This document shows, one piece after another, positions 57,590 through 64,000 of a DNA stretch of 64,000 bases. The position numbers were made by a program, and so were the translations under genes. The notes below the pieces were generated by a model, which saw only the letters and a list, made by a program, of their open reading frames with translations, was not told the origin of the DNA and did no database searches. The number at the start of each line of letters is the position of its first letter. Positions within the stretch are counted from its first letter, which is position 1. Origin of the DNA: the human T2T-CHM13v2.0 reference genome, Homo sapiens; the NCBI RefSeq assembly GCF_009914755.1, contig NC_060928.1. One strand, 5' to 3'.

Positions 57590-58860
57590 ACTGACCAATA
57601 TTTGACAAATGTGTACTGGGTATCTACTATGTGGCAGGCAGTTTTCCATATGCTTGAAGTACAGTGGTGAACAAGAAAAACAAGGTCCTTGCTATAATCT
57701 TAATGTAATTCTAATTCTGAAATATAGGATAGAATGGGGCAGAGGCAGACAATAAAAAAATAAATAAATGAGGTAACTACAGGTAAAAATGAGTGTTATG
57801 ATTAAAATAGAGTGGAATAAATGACAGAGATCGATTGTGGGTGAATGGTGGGAAATTTATTAGAGGGTTCAAGAATGATGTCTCTGAGGATACTATTGAA
57901 GCAGGGGTCTAAGGAGATGAGGAGCTTCCCATTTAAAATTTGGGAAGAAGTTGTTAAAGAGAAAGAAAGCTGGTGAGGCTGGGCAAAGGTATTCTTTCCC
58001 AGAGCTTTCGTGCTTGTTTTTTTTCTCTGTCCATAAGTAATTTGCTGTTGGAGAGTTGAAAGGCATAAGAGCCTTTTAGGATATGGTCAAGAGTCTTTTT
58101 TCATTGAAAATACAGGGTACCTCACTTAAGAGTTTTAAGACAAAGAGTAATCTGTGCTACTTCTTATTTTTCAGAAACAATTTGATCTATTGTTTAGAGA
58201 AGGGATTGAATGGATCCAGCAAAGGCAGAGAGATGACATAGGAGGCCATTCCATTAACGTAGTGAGAAAGCACAGTAGCTTAGACTGAAATAGAAGACAT
58301 TTGCATGTACTTTGGAGATGATAGAATCAAAGGCATTTGTAAATTAATTTGATAGAGAGAAAGAGGGGATTCAGTCAGAGTCATACCCATCTGTTCCCAT
58401 ATTAATTGTGTCATGGAACTATTGGGCAAGCCAGTGGTCAGGTAGAATAAGTTCATATTTAATATTTTAATAGAAGTTCTAATTATATAAAATGGCATTT
58501 ATCTCCAATAAGTAAGGCAATATGGGAATGTTATTGGTTTTCCTGAAGCTAATCTGGGAAATAGTGTCTCACTTCAATTTGATTTTAAGTAAGCATTTAA
58601 AATTGTTTTTCACCACACGCAAAACCCTGTTCTAGGTGCCTCAAATAGAATACCAGCTAACTGTCATTAATACTGTCAATGCTGACTTAAGCTCTGTTAA
58701 TTCATTTAATACTTACCACAAGACTTAGAAATCTCTACCATTGTTATTACTCTTATTTTGAATATGAAGGAACTGAAATATAAAAATGTTAAGTGAACTT
58801 TCCAAGGTCCCTCAGACATAGATGGTGGAATCAGATTTTAATGTAGGCAATTTGTCCCTC
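57590..58860. mobile_element. Decayed L2 and MIR fragments
   Basis: Short L2-like and MIR-like words (tactatgtggcaggca; aactgaaa..gttaagtgaactttccaaggtc). Boundaries approximate. Confidence 0.5.
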
Positions 58861-59389
58861 AAACATGGAACAGGACTGCCTTGTAGAAAAGTCTTGAAGC
58901 ATTATGTATTAAGTCAGAGTTTCTCATTTTCTTCTCATTCTACTCACTTCAAGAGTGAGAACGTCTGTGTGTGTTGAAGGGTTTCATTTACAAGCTAATG
59001 TTTTCTGATGTCCTACTTGTATGATTGCTACAATGAGAGAGACAAAATATTTTTAAAACTCACGTTCTATGCTTCGATTTCTTCAAATTCATAATGCAAA
59101 GTCAGATTTCTCTTTCTCTTTCATACAATGGAAGAAATATCATGTTATTAGTGGCTATTTAGGAGAAGAAACTGATTTGTAACAAGGCTAATTTTCTTGA
59201 TCAAGCAAAGTAGCCAGATAGAAGATCAAAAACAAAATCAAGAACTTTTCCCCCTGACAGCAATGGCAAATTAGAACATGTATTAAGAATAATAATTATA
59301 ATACTTAAGGATTCCTTCCCCATTCGCAGAAACTCTTTAAGTACTCAGCAAAGGACACCCTAAAATTCCTAACCATTTTAATGTCCCAT

Positions 59390-60520
59390 TATGGAGAAAA
59401 TTTCAAAATATGAATAAAGAACACATTTAAAGACTGAATAAATGGAAATCTTCACTCTGTTTATAGAAGCTCAGTATTGTTAGGACCAAAATATCAGTTC
59501 TTTTTAAATTCATCTATATTGTAGTCTCAATCAATATTTTGTGGGAGTCTGTAATTTTAAAATTCATTCATATCAAAGCATAAGACTGGGAATGAAAAAG
59601 TTTCAAAAAGAACAAAGAAGAGTGGTTTGTTCTGCTGGATAGCAGTACATCATAAACCTATGGAAAATTAATAATGTGGGATATTGGTGCATAAGTAAGT
59701 AAGTAGTTTAACACAATAAAAAGTCCAGAAATAGACATATGTGTGTATATGTGTGTATGCATGTGCATGTGAATGTATTTTAAGTATCTTTAACAATAAA
59801 AACCAATGTAAAATACCAAAACTAATGGGAGAAAAGCAGCTCAATAAGTGTCAAGAGGTTTATCATTATAATATAAAATAAAATTAGATTCATACCTTAA
59901 CTATGTAAAACTAAAATAGAAATAAAATTAAGACTTAAGCATAAGGAAGCAAATAAGAAAAGATAACTAAGAAAATACAGATTATAAAGAAATGCCCTTA
60001 AACTTAGCAAAGTCCAAACAATTAATAAAAGCAAAAATTTGTGGACTGATGGGAAAAAGGGGTACACTCACACAAAAGGGAGAATATAAATTGAATCAGG
60101 CATTTTAGAAGGCAATTTGACAGTACTATTTGAAAGAAAAATTGCATTGACTTGACCTATTTTCTCTTCTAAACATATATCCTTGACAAACAAAGCAGTG
60201 GAGGAGAAAGGAAGCTACTTAGAGATATTTTTATTGCAACATTAATTACAACACCAGAGTAGCGAATATGACCTGAAAGTCCTTTTGTAGTATATGGATA
60301 AATTATACCTATAGTCCTACATTGGAATTCTACAAAACACTTAAAAGGAAAGAGCTAGACCTACTTCTTTAATGTGTCTATTTCTTTAACATATTTTGAA
60401 TTTAAAAAGCAACTTATAAATACTAATGACAGTATAATATAATTTACATGAAAATGTGCATAGAAAGCACACTTTATGTTTACTATGCTTTGGCAAGCCA
60501 AGACATGATAAAGGTCCAAT
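59390..60520 (+). mobile_element. Decayed L1ME-like fragment
   Basis: A-rich sequence with L1 ORF2/3'UTR-like words (tccagaaatagac, aaattagattcatacct, ttttagaaggcaatttgacagta). Confidence 0.5.
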
Positions 60521-61302
60521 GATGAAGCACAAAAGAAAATAATAGCCTATGTAGTTTGTCACAGGGGAGAATTACTTTATATGTTACAACTGGTGGAAGA
60601 GTCACACATGTGACTTGGCTGCTTCTAGCCTCCTCTGTGGAATGCAGAAAATTTCCATTTTCTACACTCCTCTGAACTTTGGAACACCACTTCCAAAAGA
60701 ATAATTAAAAACCAAACTTCAAGCTTTTGGGGCAATTCCGCTTCTCCAGGAAGGTTGCCATCAGATGGATCTTGGAGTGCATTAGTGTTGGGAACAGGAC
60801 CCCCAAAATCTGGCCATAAACTGGCCCCAAAACTGGTCATAAACAAAATCTCTGCAGCACTGTGACATGTTCTTGATGGCCATGATACCCACGCTGGAAG
60901 GTTGTGGGTTTACTGGAATGAGGGTAAGGAACACCTGGCCCACCCAGGGTGGAAAACCTCTTAAAGGCGTTCTTAAACCACAAACAATAGCATGAGCTAT
61001 CTGTGCCTTAAGGACATGCTCCTGCTGCAGATAACTAGCCCAACCCATCCCTTTATTTCAGCCCATCCCTTTGTTTCCCATAAGGAATACTTTTAGTTAA
61101 CCTATAATCTATAGAAACAATGCTTATCCCTGGCTTGCTGTCAATAAATATGTGGGTAAATCTCTGTTCAAGGCTCTCAGCTCTGAAGGCTGTGAGACCC
61201 CTGATTTCCCACTCCATACCTCTATATTTCTGTGTGTGTGTGTCTTTAATTCCTCTAGCACCACTGAGTTAGGGTCTCCCCGACTGAGCTGGTCTCGGCA
61301 AG

Positions 61303-61320
61303 TGGCGTCCATTGTAGGGG
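61303..61320 (+). promoter_or_regulatory. Primer binding site, tRNA-Lys type (degenerate)
   Basis: tggcgtccattgtagggg two bases after the LTR, compared with TGGCGCCCAACGTGGGGC. Confidence 0.8.
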
Positions 61321-61451
61321 CTCGAATCCAGGTCAAAGGGTCGCTGGAGCAATGGTTGGAGAATGTGGAACTAAGCCAGAGGACACCCAAGCACTCTTAA
61401 AGCAATCCCTATGGTGAGTAAGAAGGGGAGTTTGGATGCATCAGGGTAACA

Positions 61452-62790
61452 ATGGGACAAGCGTGGACTCTGGTTCATTCCACCTTGGAACTTTTTCACA
61501 CTGGTGATGAGGAGAAAGGAGAGCATAACAAAGTAACAGAAGAGGTTACAGAGCTGGTTTGTTTGCCAGCTAAAGCTAAAGTGGCAAAGGAGGGAGAGGT
61601 TCATCCCTACCCTTCTGCACCCCCTCATTATTATTTTGAAGAAAAAGAGTGGACTGACCCTCCAGATCTTTCTTTTCCAGAGGATACTGGGTGAAAAGTA
61701 GTTGCCCCAGTGACTGTTCAAGCAGCTCTTCCAGCAACTTCTCTCAGTTCTATTCAGGCAGGAATTCAGCAAGCTATAAGAGAGGGTGATATAGAGGCTT
61801 GGCAGTTCCCTGCTAGAATATACCTCCCCCAGATCAACAGGGAAATATTTTAGCTATATTTGAGCCTTTTCCTTTTAAATTACTCAAGGAATTTAAACAA
61901 GCTGTTAATCAGTATGGACCAGGTTCTCCTTTTGTAATGGGACTGCTAAAGAATGTTGCTGTTTCCAGTCAGATGATTCCTACTCATTGGGACGCTCTTA
62001 CTCGAGCTTGCCTAACTCAGTTCTTACAATTTAAAACTTGGTGGGCAGATGAAGCTTCCATTCAGGCTGCTCGCAATGCCCAGGCCCAACATCAAATTAA
62101 TATAACTGCAGACCAACTTTTGGGGGTTGGCAGCTGGGCTGGTTTAGATGCACAAGTGGTCATGCAGGATGATGCCATAGTACAGCTTAAAGGAGTATGC
62201 ATTAGAGCTTGGGAAAAAATCACTTCAGGTGGAGAGCGATACCCTTCCTTCAGAGCTGTAAAACAGAGTCCAAAAGAACCGTACATGGATTTTATAGCTC
62301 GGTTACAGGAGTCTCTTAAAAAGGTGATTGCAGATTTGGCCGCTCAGGATATAGCATTGCGGTTATTAGCTTTTGACAATACTAATTCCGATTGCCAGGC
62401 TGCTCTGAGACCTATTAGAGGGAAAGCACATTCAGTTGATTATATCAAGGCCTGTGATGGTATCAGAGGTAATCTGCATAAGGCTACTCTGCTAGCATAG
62501 GCAATGGCAGGACTGAGAGTGGCTAAAGGAAATACTCTGTTTCCTGGAGCTTGTTTTAACTGGAAGCATGGTCATACTAAAAAATAATGTAGAAAAAATC
62601 AGCAAGTCAGGCTGCCAGATAGGGGAAAAAAGAAAACTGCTGAGCCTGAAATATGTCCAATATGTAAAAAAGGAAAACATTGGGCTAATCAGTGTCACTC
62701 TAAGTTGATAAAGATGGGAACCCAATTTTGGGAAATGCCATTTGGGGCCTGTCCTGGGCCCCATTCCAAACAGGGGCATTTCCAACTCAG
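61452..62790 (+). pseudogene. HML-3 gag remnant
   Basis: MGQ start; PSAPP; MHR-like VKQSPKEPYMDFIARL; knuckle CPICKKGKHWANQC; stops and frameshifts. Confidence 0.88.
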
Positions 62791-64000
62791 GTCATTCCCT
62801 CACTCCTGTACAAGGTCTGTCCCCCACCACAGCCGGTAGTGCCACAGTAGATTTATTCTGCATGAAAGCTGTGAGCCTTCTGCCTGGGGAACCCCTGCCA
62901 AAGGTCCCAACAGGAGTCTGTGGACCCTTGCCAGCAGGGACGATAGGATTACTTCTAGGAAGTCTAGTTTAAATTTAAAAGGGGTACAAATACATACAGG
63001 AGTCATTGACTCAGATTACAATGGGGAAATTCAAGTTCTTATATCTACTTCTGTTCCCTGGAAAGTAGAGCCAGGAGAGCACATAGCACAGCTCCTGATT
63101 GTGCCGGATGTGGGAATGGGAAAAAGTGAAATTAAATGAACAGGAGGGCTTGAAAGCACAAATAAACAAGGCAAAGCAGCTTATTGGGTAAATCAAATTT
63201 CTGATAAATGTCTTACCTATGAAATAACTATTCAGGGAAAGAAATTTAAAGGTTTGGTAGATACAGGAGTGGACATTTGAGTCATTTCTTTACAGCTCTG
63301 GCCGTCCATGTGGCCAATTCAATCCACTCAATTTAACATAGTTGGAGTTGGTAAAGCCCCTGAAGCATATCAAAGTAGTTACATTTTGCATTGTGAAGGG
63401 CCTGATGGACAACCTGGAACTATTCAACCAATTACAACTTCTTTACCTATAAATTTATGAGGGAGAGATTTATTACAACAAAGGGGAGCACAAGTTCTAA
63501 TTCCAGAACAATTATATAGCCCTTAAAGTCAACATATGATGCATGAAATGGGCCATGTCCCTGGTATGGGACTAGAAAAAAATTTGCAAGGTTTGAAAGA
63601 ACCGCTTCAAGCAGAAAGACAAAGTTCCCACCAAAGATTAGGATATCATTTTTGATGGTGGCCATTGTTAAGCCTCCAGAAGCTATACCTTTAAAATGGT
63701 TAACAGATAAGCCAATTTGGATAGAACAATGGCCGCTAAGTAAAGAGAAACTGGAGGCTTTAGAGGAATTAGTTACTGAACAATTAGAAAATGGGCACAT
63801 AGCTCCAGCATTTTCCCCTTGGAATTCTCCAGTTTTTGTAATAAAAAAAAAATCAGGTAAATGGAAATGATAACTGACTTAAGAGCCATCAATTCAGTCA
63901 TACAATCTATGGGAGCATTACAGCCAGAATTGCCTTCTCCTGCTTTAATTCCAAAAAACCGGCCTTTAATAGGCATAGATTTAAAAGACTGTTTCTTTAC
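62791..64000 (+). pseudogene. HML-3 dUTPase-protease and 5' pol remnant
   Basis: dUTPase motifs GSATVDL and GVIDSDYNGEI; protease LVDTGVD (~63255); G-patch-like MGHVPGMGL; [34 protein letters not shown]. Confidence 0.88.

Larger units (their letters stand above)
60786..64000 (+). mobile_element. HERV-K(HML-3) provirus, 5' portion (MER9 LTR, gag, dUTPase-pro, start of pol)
   Basis: MER9-type LTR at 60786-61300 (TG..CA), Lys PBS, betaretroviral gag/pro/pol motifs. Runs off the window. Confidence 0.92.

Overview
This is primate (very probably human) non-coding, repeat-dense genomic DNA. I found no intact host protein-coding exon. Main contents: (1) a near-complete but decayed HERV-FRD/MER50-type provirus (3184-14011; LTR-gag-pro-pol-env-LTR) whose env is a dead paralogue of syncytin-2; (2) a 5'-truncated COMMD6 retrocopy and an LTR10 solo LTR, both nested in an old L1PA; (3) a ~5 kb mosaic AT-rich quasi-palindromic minisatellite tied to two interleaved inverted duplications (~0.9 kb at ~90% identity; 216 bp at ~97%); (4) an AluS > twin-primed L1PA > LTR22 nest; (5) the 5' part of a HERV-K(HML-3)/MER9 provirus running off the right edge. 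Many Alu, MaLR, L2, MIR and DNA-transposon relics fill the rest. Family and protein identifications rest on my recollection of consensus and protein sequences, not on a database search. Subfamily names are therefore less certain than the coordinates, target-site duplications (TSDs) and repeats read directly from the sequence.
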